Assembly (NCBI GenBank): GCA_010093815.1
Contig: ML996565.1
Source of the DNA: Pseudovirgaria hyperparasitica
Taxonomy: Eukaryota
Length of the DNA: 54,732 bases
Direction: 5' to 3' (one strand)
The first letter of the stretch is position 1; every line of letters begins with the position of its first letter. Shown piece after piece: positions 12,001-24,029 of this stretch. Below the pieces are notes generated by a model. It made no database searches and was not told the origin of the DNA. It worked only from the letters and a program-made list of their open reading frames with translations. The position numbers and the translations under genes were made by a program.

Positions 12001-15000
12001 TTGAAACAATAAGACAGCCCGAATGGTCGGGTCCATCATAGTCGCGTACGTATACATCGGTGCCAGAGAATCCAGATTGAAGAAGGGCATCGTGCCACCC
12101 TTCTTGAGTTAGGGCAGGGCTCCATTGTCTTGACTGCTCCTTTGCTACATATTGTTAGATCACACGGTAGCTTCATCAGAAACACTGTGGACTTACCCAT
12201 CCACCAGCCAGGGAGTAGAGCGAAAGTGAAGGCAGGATGTATGGCCTCAGGATTACTCAACTCAATAGCCACTAATTTGCCACCACTTTTCTTTCAGTTA
12301 GCCGGGGTCGCTGAAGACTACCATTAACATTGGTTGAAGATGCCTGCTGCTTACGGTTTTAGAAGTTTTCGGGTATTCTGGAGTGTTGCGCTAATGTCCT
12401 CAGTCGCATGCAGTACCTTCAGTACCTGTTAGCAAGGCTCGAAAGAGAGCAACAACTTGGGAGAACATACATTAGACGCAACTATTAGGTCGTACTGCCC
12501 TTGCTGGAAACCTTGAGTGTTAGGGTCCCGGCTAATGTCCAGGGTCTTGAAAGTCATGCGCTCATCAAAAGCTTCGAACTCTTTTTGAGCGCCACTAAAG
12601 AAGCTAGGAGAGATATCTGTAAAGACGTAGGTACTGAAACGGGGCGTAAAGGTCTTTGCTGAGCTATGTGTAGGAGCGAGAGTACTGAGAACATGGCGCG
12701 TCGCCCCGCCAGTTCCTGCGCCTATTTCAATAACATCCATGTTCGGATTACGATGAGCAAGGGAGTCCAGATATGTTGAGAAGCTATCATAAGCAATAGC
12801 ACACTCTGGTCCCTGATAATATTCTTGAGCCAATGGTGTGTGTTCGCTGAACAAGAGTTCGAGAGGGTCCATTGCTTCGTCGAGAATCCTTGAAAGGTTT
12901 CTTCCGATCGCTACACTCATTTTACCTCCGGGACACCTCTCGAGATCCCTGAGATAATCTTCTCGGAACTCAAAATCCAAGAACATTCGTTGTGCTTCGG
13001 GCTGAGCCAATACTGATCTAGCGTGTTCAGATAATAACTGCTTCTTAGCCCATTGATGGTATCGATGCAAATGCGACTTTGTACTCGTAACTGAATTAGA
13101 GGCAGTACTGCACATGAAATAGAGGCAGCAGAGCTCTATATCGGCGATTCGACGATCTTCGACATTTTTTAAGCGGCGATGAAGCAGGTATCTCTCAGTT
13201 GCTTCGCGACTCAGAACAGACCAATCGGGTTTCCATTGCATCTTGTAGCATGTTCGATCCCGTGTTACAACGTCTCTGGTCTCAGACTTTGTTGTTACAA
13301 TGCTTGTTACTCTATATCCGGTTATCTGGACTAAAGGTTTACCAGTCTGACCATGCTTAGCCAAGATGGAGAATTCTGCTTCTCTGAAGCCGATAAATGT
13401 TGTCTTGCAATATACATCTAAAGAATGGCTACCTAGGTCCTTGAGGTCATCTGAAAGCCATATCTGGCGAATGTGAGTAGGGAGTATATTTGGATTTGGT
13501 ACGTATTGGTTTGTTGCCAAAACGACAAGGCCTGCTTGCATGATAGCATCCAGTATGGTCGGATGTATCAATGGTACGGTGAAAGAATGATTAGTGTGTA
13601 CGTCCTCTGATTCAGATTGCCTAACTTCAGTGAAAGAGATCTTCTGGAAGTCATAAAGTATCCGCTTCGTCAACTGGAATGCCGGACCGAAAGATAGTCC
13701 GTACGATGAAAGCGTGTTGTAGAAGGCTTTGGGATGGAGCTGATTCTGCACCCCTGCAAAGTGATGCGAATCTTGTTTGGGTCCGGTGCGATCGTCCAGA
13801 GAGGGATGTGAGAGCTCCACAGCAACCCTGCCGGAGCTAACAGTTTCCCATACGCTTTCTGGTGATACACGATAAATATTGAAAGAGTACTCAGTGGTTG
13901 CTTCATCTTCTTTCTCAAGTTTCAGATGGACATGAACTTCAGCCTGAGTGATCTGATCTGAGAGAACAATGGGATTAGAAAAGTTGATTTCCCGAACCTC
14001 TATGTTGCGTATATGCTTATCGACTGATGTGAGATGGCGAGCAGCCTCAACGGCCATGATTGCTATACCTGCACCTGGGTACAGTACAGTGTCATTGAAC
14101 TGCTGTACGTCAGATTGGCCCTCACGATGTTTGTTGGGGTACGATGTAAATCAAGCACAGTCTTAGGAACTTACTTGGTGATCCTGCGTCCATGGATGAT
14201 CTACTAAAGAAATAAAATTACGCCACCGTGGCTCAGCTGGGTTCCAATCAGCAGCTCTCGTGCCCAGGTACACATTTCTGGGCACCCTCTTCGTTCGAAA
14301 GTCTCTGCTTAGTCGACTTTCTGCAGAGTATGACCGCGAGTGGTTGAAAGGATAAGAAGGCAGGTCTGTCAGCATCTGTAGGTCTACCCCAAGAGGGGCA
14401 GAGTCGATTGGGCATGTAGTAGATGTATAGCCATTTTGGAAGAGAATGCCAAGGAATGTTGCAAGCTGGTGCAAACCATTTAAGTTGCGTTGTAGAATAG
14501 AAGAGTACGTTGAATGCCAGCCACAGCTCGCCATTGTGTCCATTACTGGCTTTCGAAGCGCTGGATGAGGCCCAATTTCGACAAACAGAGGTGCCTCCTT
14601 TCTATTGCTGTAGAGTAGCCCTATTGCTTGAACAGCTTCAGCAAACTGAACTTTAGATGTTAGATTGTCTACCCAGTACGAGCTCTGGCGAATGATATCC
14701 AGACTTATGCCCGCACCATGAAGGGAAGAGAAGAATTCAGTCGCTGGTGAGTTCCCATTGTCCGGTGGTATAGGTATGTCACGTATAAAGGTGCGATATT
14801 GTTCAGCCACAACCTGCATTTGCTTGGAGTGATACGCTATCGTGACCCTGACTTTCCTTGCCTGGATGTCACGATCTTCCAAAGCTTTCTGCAGTAGATC
14901 AATAAGGATGCTCGAGCCCGAAATTGTGATGCTTTTAGGTCCGTTGTTGCACGCCACTGTGAGCTTAGTGCCAGAGATCATATGATTCTCATTGATCGTT

Positions 15001-17686
15001 GTGATGATATTGGCAATGTCGGGCTCATTCAGCGGTACTGCGAGCATAGCTCCTTGCTCATTATGAGTAGCTTCTAGGATAGCGGAGACTTTTCCTCGAT
15101 AATATGCGACACGCCAAGCTGACTCCCTATCTAAGCCGCCAGCGCAGTATGCAGCAGCGATCTCCCCTGAAGAATGACCGACAACCGCCTTAGGGTGTAT
15201 CTTCCATGATCTTAGAAGATCTACTAGTGCGACCTGGAGCAAAGTGCATAAGGCCTGCGAATACTCTGTCAAATGTATGTTCGACTTGTCGCTTGGCCGA
15301 TTCAGCTCATCTAGGCAACGTTAACCTTCTTGGAAGTCGGCCAATCGGCTTTCACTTGCCTGAAGCCCGCCAAGTACAGCCAAGGGATAACAGAAAAGCC
15401 TCAGCTGCCTCAAAGCTCTCGCGAAAGGCTGGATGAACAAGGAGCTCTCGTCCCATGGTAGCCCATTGTGCACCTTGACCTGTGAATACAAAAACCAATG
15501 GCGCCATGCCTGTAGAGCGCACAGGCTTGGCATACTGTTTTGCGCTCAACTTTTGCGTTAATTCTTCTACCGAAGATGCGACCAGATAGGATTTCCAGGG
15601 GAACATGCTTCGGTGCCTGGATAATGTATACGCGAGCTCATCTAAAAATGTCTGACCAATTGCTGTTTTAGGAACGCCTGATGCGAGGTAACCACCTAGT
15701 GCGATAGAAAGTCGTTCTATGCCACCTTCGTCCGCAGAGGAGAATACGAAGACATTTGTGACCTGTAGGGTCTTTGCTTGGCTTTCCCCAGCTGAAATTT
15801 CTGTCATCATCGATGAATCAATGCGTCTATGCAGGTGTTGCTTCTTCTGTGTTTCAGAAAGCAGACCAGGCTGTCCTCGGATCTCTAATTGATCATTGGT
15901 ATGAGGCTTGCACAGTTCAATACCTCCAGTGCCTGTGGGAAACATACTGATATTTCCTATTCACAAGGTTACCGCTAGATCTGTGTCTTACCAAAGAGCT
16001 ATGCAACGTAGTAGCTTTGAGAACAGAGAACACCTACCTATGCTATCACCGACATCAACATTGTTCGGCTTGAAAAGATGAAGTCCTTCAATTGAATAGC
16101 TCCGATGCCGACCAGAAAGTCCGCGTATTCGCAGATAATTATATGCGTCGTCTATGATGACGTGGGCATTGGCACCACCAGCCCCAAACGAGTTGACAGA
16201 TACCCTTCTGACTTCATGCGCAGGCCACCTCAAAGCTTTTGTGGGAAACTACCAGTCATGTCAGTGTAAATGCACCAGAGAACTGCGAAGCAGGACAAAG
16301 TACCTCGAGATTCCAATCTTCCTTGATCTCGGGATTGACTTTCTCGAGCCATACATTGGGAGGGATGATACCCTTCTCTACAGCAAGAACTGCCTTTATA
16401 ACTCCAGCTATAGCACTTGCACCTTCCAGATGTCCAATGTTACTCTTGGTCGCGCCAACATACAGTGGTTCATCGCGTGTTCTATATTCTTTGAAAATGT
16501 CTGAAATTCCGCCGGCTTCAATAGGGTCTCCGACTGCCGTGCCAGTTCCGTGCGCCTCGAAGAACCGAGTCTCGTTGAAACTTATACCAGCTTTCAAGTA
16601 CGCGCTCCGAATGAGCGAAACGTGCGCGTCCCTACTAGGCCGAGCCAAAACAGAGGTTCGTCCGTCTTGATTCGAGGCAACAGCACGTATAACAGCACGG
16701 ATGGTATTGCCATCTTGTATGGCATCAGAAAGTCTTTTGAGGATGATTATGCCATGGCCTTCGCCTCGTGCGTATCCGTTTGCCCGGTGATCAAAGCTAT
16801 GGCATTTTCCATCAGGGGAAAGAAATCCAAAGTTGGAAAGGCTGATTGTGAGTTCAGGCGTCAAAATCAGATTAGAACCTCCAGTAATGACCTGAAAAAC
16901 TAAAGTCAGCAATCCATAATCGATTTTTGTGTTAGACTAGATGCAGGAATCCCGGACTGTTACACTATACTTACCATATCGCATTCGCCATTCAATAGAC
17001 TTTGAGCGCCAAGGTATAAACACTGCATTGAGCCGCTGCAAGCAGTATCGACAGTCATACTTGGTCCTCTAAGATCAAAAAACCAGCTCAGACGATTTGA
17101 TTGAATGGATGGGATGGCACCAAGAGCAAAGTAGGTTGGCATCTGCTCAATGTCTTTGGAGCCAATAAGCTCAAAGTCTCGTCCAGCGCTACCAATATAT
17201 ACTGCGGTATTTGTTCCTTTTATGTTGTTGATTGGTATACCAGCTGTAGCCATGTCAGTCACATTTGAAAATGCTTAGTACCGCCTTACCGTTCTCAAGA
17301 GCGTGATAAGTTGTTTCCAGTAGAGCACGCTGTTGAGGGTCCATGCCCGAGGCCTCTTGAGATGAAATCGAAAAGAAAGGTGCATCGAAAGCTGTGACAT
17401 CGTCTTTGAGAAAGTGGCCATGTTGGACGTTAACCTCGGAAAAATGTGAGTATCAAGGATTGTTTGAACTTCGTATACCCACAGTTCCGGCCCGTCCAGT
17501 CGCGGAATGATAGAAGGCATCCGAATTGAACCTGTCTTCAGGTATCTTTGTTCTAGCCGATCTACCTTCCACCAGCATTTTCCAGAAGCCTTCTGGGGAT
17601 GACGCATCCTGCGGGAAGATGCAGGACATTCCGATCACAGCGATTGAGTCCGCTTCGGTGGGATTGGGGACATGTTGGGATCGCAT
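9099..17686 (-). CDS. Highly reducing iterative type I polyketide synthase (KS-AT-DH-cMT-ER-KR-ACP), multi-exon
   Basis: [68 protein letters not shown] and HPTILD. c[19 protein letters not shown]-like region. KR: GAFGGLG, YAAGN. ACP: GVDSLV. The exon junctions I checked splice in frame. Confidence 0.95.
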
Positions 17687-20305
17687 CTCAGATCGTGTAA
17701 CACTCGTAAGCAATTTGAACACAAGGTCAACGTAGGTGCCTGCAGACTGTTAAGGCAAAATGACTGGGTAGCTTGCTCCTTGCCTTTAACTTGAAATTCT
17801 CTGGCTGGGTAAACTTGTTAAAGTGTACTATTATTGCCCTACAGGGACATCTTGAGTGGCTTGATAGTCATGGACTACTTCATTGGTCTGCAATCATCCT
17901 GTAGGAAGACTCGTTCGTTGGCAAGTTTCATGAGACTTGCAGCGCCAAGGATCAGAAAGGTAATATTCGTTGGCTATCGCATGCGCGTGGATATATACAT
18001 CTGAGATGCATGCTGCATGTATGGCAATACTCCTCGTACGTATTAGGAATGAAGCGGGCCAGCTCGTCCAATGACACTATGTCACGTCCTGCTTGCCTGC
18101 AGAATGGCCTAGGTCCACTTGCGATACTTACTCGCGCTAGTTGTATCGTCTGTTAAAGTGATCGCTATACAGATCTATGAAAAGTAAATCCTGGAGATCC
18201 ATAACCTCGCTTGGTAGATCTGGTTGCAGTTTGCAATGCAGAAAACGGTCTTTTTATCTAACCAAAGAGGTACGGGAGCGCAGAAATCTTCTCAGTGGAC
18301 ATTAATACGTCTGGCCTGGATGCGTCTGGCGCACAGATGTTGTTTTCTTCTCGATCTCCGCCCATGGATCCAGACTGAGATGTTGAGAGCTCATCAGGAG
18401 AAATCATCGGCTAGGCAGCCTCAGTAAATTGTGATCCGAACATCAAGGGAGAACAAAGCATGTCGTTTTTGGGCCATTACTAATGTTCCAAATAGCATGG
18501 TGTACTCAGACCTCTGAGTCAACACCCCCTAAGGTTGTCGAAACTATAAAGCTCATATCGTACGACACCAAGACAAATAGCGTATACATCTAGAATGATT
18601 TAGCATGTCCGAGGGTCGCCAGTCCACAGAGCACAAAAGAGCCAATGTTACAATCAATCAGGTATGAGACAATACACAGAAGGAACTAGAAAGCATGCCG
18701 TGTACTTACTGGTAGTGTCGGGTGCTTGAGATGATCGAAGTCGATGATAAAGGGATGGCTGCCGTCCTGTCGGTCGCATCGGGCTCTATACTCAGATGAA
18801 TACAGGCTACTGTAATCAAGTTGCTTGTGATCCCATGGTCGTGTTCACGGTACTTTCCAGGACTTGATTGATTCTAAGTTCACCAAAACTCCTTGCAAGA
18901 CTTGCCGCAGACGCGAGTTATGTCTGCTTGTAAGGAATCAGGAGGTAAATGTGTGAATAGCTTCCGAGGCAGGTATCCCCAGCCAGGGCATTTGGCTAAT
19001 TCTTGACCGTATAATAAGTGGCGGTGGTGAAGCCATTGCCTCAGATCCTCGCAGCAGTAATTCAAGCCTAGTGGCAGGTTCATTGACACGAATTTGATGC
19101 GTTGAACAGCGTCGTTCGCCTCAATATCAATGGGTAGTGCGCCTCTCAGCTCTCCCACATATGTGACATAAGATCATTGATCGTGTGAGATGCGGAGCTG
19201 GAAACAGAGTTCCTAAACGGAATGGGTTGCACACATACTGTCGGCGGTAATCTTCCTTTGGTGGGCAACTTGGTCGTAAGTTCGTGACTGTGAGAGTAGG
19301 TTCGTCCCATATAAGGCGTATCCTCTTGGGGGCCAGCCCGGTGATAAAGGCGACACCTGCGACTGAATGATTGGAAAAGAATCGAAAGAGTTGGATGTAT
19401 TCAGTCCCAGAATAGCGCGGCTCAGGACGCGCACGACAGCGGCGTGGTGCATTAGCCTCCAACTTTTGGACTCTGGGTTGGTGAATGTGTGTGACGAGTG
19501 CCGTCACTTGCAGCAACAAAGGACAAGTAAGCAGAATCCATTGGTCGGAGCAGCGAGCGCGCGCTTGCGTCGTCTCATACGGTAAAGGTCACTACTTCCC
19601 TGGTACCCTTTACATTTATTTCGCTATGCGGCGTAATATGGGTCGGGACGTGGCTTCGTTTGTCGCCGCAAAAAAAGTGGTTCACTGTGACTGTGCCGCA
19701 AGGCTAGACGGCTAGACGCCCTCGCCGCACCCACATGGGGATCCATCCATGGATGGAGGCAGGCTATGGTAATCACCAGCGTGGAGCGCACTCTTACGAG
19801 CAACCAGTCGAACAGGAAGATATGGATATCAGAGATGGTAAGAACGAAAAGAGAATAACAACTGGCGAATCCTGAGGTCAGAAAACCGGCGATGGAAGTT
19901 TTACATAATACTACTACTGCCTGTAGGATAGAAATCAGGCTGGGCAAACCGGATATATATCCCTGGGACCTAACGGTAGGCACGGAATGCGCCTCAACCA
20001 TATTGCCTATAACAGTACAACTCGCCCATCGATTGTATGGATTCAAATAGGTAGAAGTTGAGGTTCGGGCAATTGGTCCAACCAATCGGTCCGTATTTGT
20101 GTTTAATCCCGTAAAACATTCTTCTTATCCTTGGTTTCCAAGTCTAGTGGCTGTACTTTCTAGTGTTGTCTCTGTCGGAAAATTCTATGCGAACGGCTGC
20201 GACATGCCATAGAAATATCAGTTGACTGTCAGCCTATCCCAAAACTTATAGGTAGTCGTCCCTCTTGCATGAGATTTTGCTCCTCAACCAAATCATTGGG
20301 CCGCA

Positions 20306-21630
20306 ATGTCTAAGAATTCCTCTCAAACGACGAATCATATGCTGCCTCCTATATACCGGAGCTCACAACTTGCGTACTGTTTCACCCTTCTGTCTACATC
20401 AACGCTGGCCGTGGTATTGAGACTATGGGCGAAAGGTCAGATTTCGAGGTATGGGTGGGATGATGCTCTTATCATATTGGCGTGGATAAGTCTGGTCGGG
20501 ATACTCGGTGTCAACATCAGATGTTTGTCAGTTGAAACCTTGCAGATTTCGTGTCTGACTGTATTAGTGGGCGTCACTGGAATTTTCGGCTACCCACTCG
20601 GCGAGCTTTCCGATGACTCGATCGTCGAGGTATTACGGGTGAGTCTCGAAATACTATCCAGCAGAATTGTATTGACTCAAGACTCCAGGCTGCTTGGGTC
20701 GTTTCCGTCCTCTGCGCACCCTGTATAACATTCTGCAAGCTTAGTGTCCTCGAGGTTTACAGAATCGTGTTCAATGTCAAAGAAAGATTTGTCATCTATG
20801 TAAAAGTCATGTCGATACTGAGTCTGGCTTGGGGCATAGGGCATACCGCGGCATTTCTATCTAGGTGCATGCCCATCAGGGAAGCCTGGAATCCAGACAC
20901 TGCTTTTATTTGGACACACGGCACGAAAGGTTGCGAAAGTCCTATAACTATAGTCGCAATTGCCGAGCCCATCAACACACTCCAGGATCTGATAATCGTC
21001 TTGATGCCACTTGGTGTCTTACGGAGTTTGAATCTTTCTACGCACCGCAAGGTCTCGTTGTCGTTGATATTCCTTTGCGGGATTTTGTGAGTAGCTATGA
21101 GACAGTAGGTGGCGAGGCGCTGACAATATCAGTGTCGTTGTGGCGAGTGTTGTACGAATCGTATGGACCGTTACTCCTCGAAGTTGGGACCGTTAGTGAT
21201 AAATCAGCCGATCTCGTCATTTCACCCAGCTAATCCGTTATCAGGTATCGACGTTATACACTCGTCTGCGAAGATTCTGCACGTCCAGCTGACATTAGCC
21301 ATCATCTGTGCTTGTGTTTTGACGTATGGCCCACTCTATCCAAAGATAAGGGGTGTCGATCGACTTCGTCGTTGGTATATTGCAGCAACGCCGTGCTTCA
21401 GATCACGCGGCAAGACCGATATGCCCAGGTCTAATCAAGGCTCGGTACCATCTGAAATTCCATACGATCATCCATCGACTCAGCGAAGCGATATCAGTAC
21501 AGTGATCGTATCGGACCTGGAAAATCAGAGGCGATGGTCCGGGCGGGAATCGCAATGTACAATTCCACGTGGGTCCATACAAGTTGAGAAGACGCTCAAT
21601 ATCGCAATCCAGGCCTCGGAAGACACATGA
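20306..21630 (+). CDS. PTH11/SAT4-like integral membrane protein (fungal rhodopsin domain, no CFEM), multi-exon
   Basis: VVLRLWAK...GWDDALIILAW, KLSVLEVYRIVF, C.PIREAWNP, DLIIVLMPLGVLRSLNLSTHRKVSLSLIFLCG, LAIICAC. Confidence 0.8.
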
Positions 21631-22647
21631 ATAGAAATATTCTTTACTACTACCTTGCGTGTCTTCAGTAAAAGGATAGTTGCGGTCACCACTGACTAAT
21701 TATGTGTGGGTACAGTAGTACGACACTCTCTACTCGGCGATTATCAACGTCGTTGAAGCTAGATTGCAGTGACTATATTTCTGGACCAATAATCTGTTGC
21801 TATGGCATGCCTGTTAACAAAAGAGAAGACGTCCCACCTTGAGGAAAATGACCACTATGGAGTTGCCTGTGCTCGAAGACGCGACTGATAGCAACTTGCA
21901 GAGGCTACGCATCGGATGCTTAGAGTTCTTCAGATAGCTGGCTACTAAGCCGCTGTGAGGTTTGGGGCTGTAGTGATGATATGCGTACTTTTGTCCTGGT
22001 ATTGAGCGTCCGTCGGAAAAGACGACCGTTCGCAGATTACCTAATCATAGTCCACATCGCGCGATGGACCGGTTCCAAGGCTGAGATAATGCCTGAGGCA
22101 GAAGCAAAAGCAGTCGCGACATCGATGACGTTCAGCCAATCGGTAGATGATCGGACGAACAGACGAACAGGATATTGCCCAGGTGGAACTGGTGTTGTGG
22201 GATGTTGAGTGCCCCTGGGTCTTCAATCACCAGTGATTAGAGCTGAGGTGCCACTCAGTTGACGCCACCAACGTCTAAAAGCAGACGTTGCTACAGCGCA
22301 TCGAGTTAGGGGGCGAACATATTCTAGTGATAGCGATAGTATGGATCTTCAGGGGCCAGTTGTTGACATGCCCGGCACAATATAAAAGTTGGATTTCATA
22401 TGTATCATTGCCACCAGTGAAGAAAGATTGTCTCTTCTCTAGATAGCAGTTGAGATTCACCTCGTTGCTGCGCCTGAAATATCAATCCACCCAGAATCAG
22501 CATTATATGCCCGTTGCATAGAAACAACAGAGAGATATGGCAACAATAACGCAGGCCAACACCCAGTTGAACAACACTCAACACCAACAACACTCAACAC
22601 GCCCAGAATCATGGGAAGACCAACGTTCGTACCGGATCTGCCAAATC

Positions 22648-23958
22648 ATGGACTACAACTGGATCATCATCCCCTCCCTCCTCGCAATCCTCTACCCAAT
22701 CGCCTACCGCCTCTTCTCGAACCCAAACACCATATTCTACGTCCCCATCGACGACACGACAACCTGGACACCCAGCGCCCTCATCTGGCTCGCAATGGTC
22801 CTCCCCGCCAAACCATTCCACCACTTCTCCATGCTCGCCACCTGCTGGCCCTGCCGCCCCTTCCGCCTCACCAACAAGCCCGCCGTACGGCCGTTCAACA
22901 GACTCCTCATATGTCTCGTGACGCGCGGCGAGCAAGAGGACGTCGTCCGCCGCTCCATCCTCCCCGTCCAAGACATCGTCGCGCACATAGACCCTAAGAT
23001 CTCCCTGCACATCCTCACCGAAGAAGTCAACGCGCACAAATTCCGCAACGCGGCCGTCTACGCCCCACACGTCCAGGTCCACGGCGTGCCCAAATCCTAC
23101 ACTCCGCGCTTCGCAAAGCACAAGGCCCGCAGTCTGGAGTGGTTCCGCGTCAACATGTGTCTACGCGACGATGATTGGGTCCTCCATATCGACGAGGAAA
23201 CCCTTATTGACGCCTACCTGCTCCGCACCTGCATCACATATATCACGCGTCAAACGCACTGCGAAATCGGCACCGGTGTCATCCATTATAACAGCAACGG
23301 CTACTTCTCCAGCATCATCCCGCAGATTGGCGATCTCTCACGTGTTCAAGACGACTGGGGTCGCGGGCAGTTCCTCGCGAATGTGCCTCATCGAGCGACG
23401 CTGGGGATTCACGGAGCGTTCTTCTTAGCGAGCGGGAAGGTGGAGAACGCAGTGTCGTGGGAGACAGCGCATCTTACAGAGGACTACTGGTTCTTGCTCG
23501 GTGCAATGAAAAAGGGGTTCAGGATCGGTTGGGTGCCAGCGATTGCGAGAGAAGTCTCGCCTAGGTCGATTGGAGACTATGTGAAGCAGCGGCGGCGGTG
23601 GTACACTGGTGTCAGAACGCTGGGGCAATGGGAAGGGCGATGGGTTCTGTTTGCTTGGTTCTGGGGCTTTGTTGAGTTGTTCTACAACATTTGGACGCTC
23701 GCCTCAGGAACAAGTGAGCGGGCGGTGCCGCGATGGTTGTTTTCGGTCATCGTATTTGAATGGACGTGTTTTCGGCTATTTTCGTTCTTGACGGTGCTAG
23801 TACAGGATTGGGATGCTGGAGTGCCATTTTGGAGGATGGTGTATTCGCAAGCATTGGCGCAGCTCTTGAGGCCGTACGTGGATCTGCTGGATAGTTATGC
23901 TGCAGTCGTGTCGGTGCTCAAACCTGACCAGACGTTTCAGATCATAAACAAGTCGTGA
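22648..23958 (+). CDS. Glycosyltransferase family 2, egghead/BRE-3 (beta-1,4-mannosyltransferase)-like; intronless; upstream in-frame ATG at 22537 possible
   Basis: KHKARSLEW, DDWVLHIDEET, ED motif (LTEDYWF), QRRRW motif, and N- and C-terminal TM segments. Motif order matches egghead-type GT2. Confidence 0.8.
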   Translation: MDYNWIIIPSLLAILYPIAYRLFSNPNTIFYVPIDDTTTWTPSALIWLAMVLPAKPFHHFSMLATCWPCRPFRLTNKPAVRPFNRLLICLVTRGEQEDVVRRSILPVQDIVAHIDPKISLHILTEEVNAHKFRNAAVYAPHVQVHGVPKSYTPRFAKHKARSLEWFRVNMCLRDDDWVLHIDEETLIDAYLLRTCITYITRQTHCEIGTGVIHYNSNGYFSSIIPQIGDLSRVQDDWGRGQFLANVPHRATLGIHGAFFLASGKVENAVSWETAHLTEDYWFLLGAMKKGFRIGWVPAIAREVSPRSIGDYVKQRRRWYTGVRTLGQWEGRWVLFAWFWGFVELFYNIWTLASGTSERAVPRWLFSVIVFEWTCFRLFSFLTVLVQDWDAGVPFWRMVYSQALAQLLRPYVDLLDSYAAVVSVLKPDQTFQIINKS

Positions 23959-24029
23959 ATAGAACTCGCAGTTCGTCTGTTCAAGAGATTTGTGACTATT
24001 CAATGTCGATCTAGAGGTGTGTAATAAAT

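Noticed and set aside
9099..17686. PKS as a fragmented pseudogene
   Set aside because: The breaks between ORF pieces that I checked are explained by short introns with branch sites, including one GC-AG intron
19624..20085. 153-aa hydrophobic minus-strand ORF (and other short ORFs at 18.9-19.7 kb)
   Set aside because: Starts at TTG rather than ATG; no recognisable motif or exon structure
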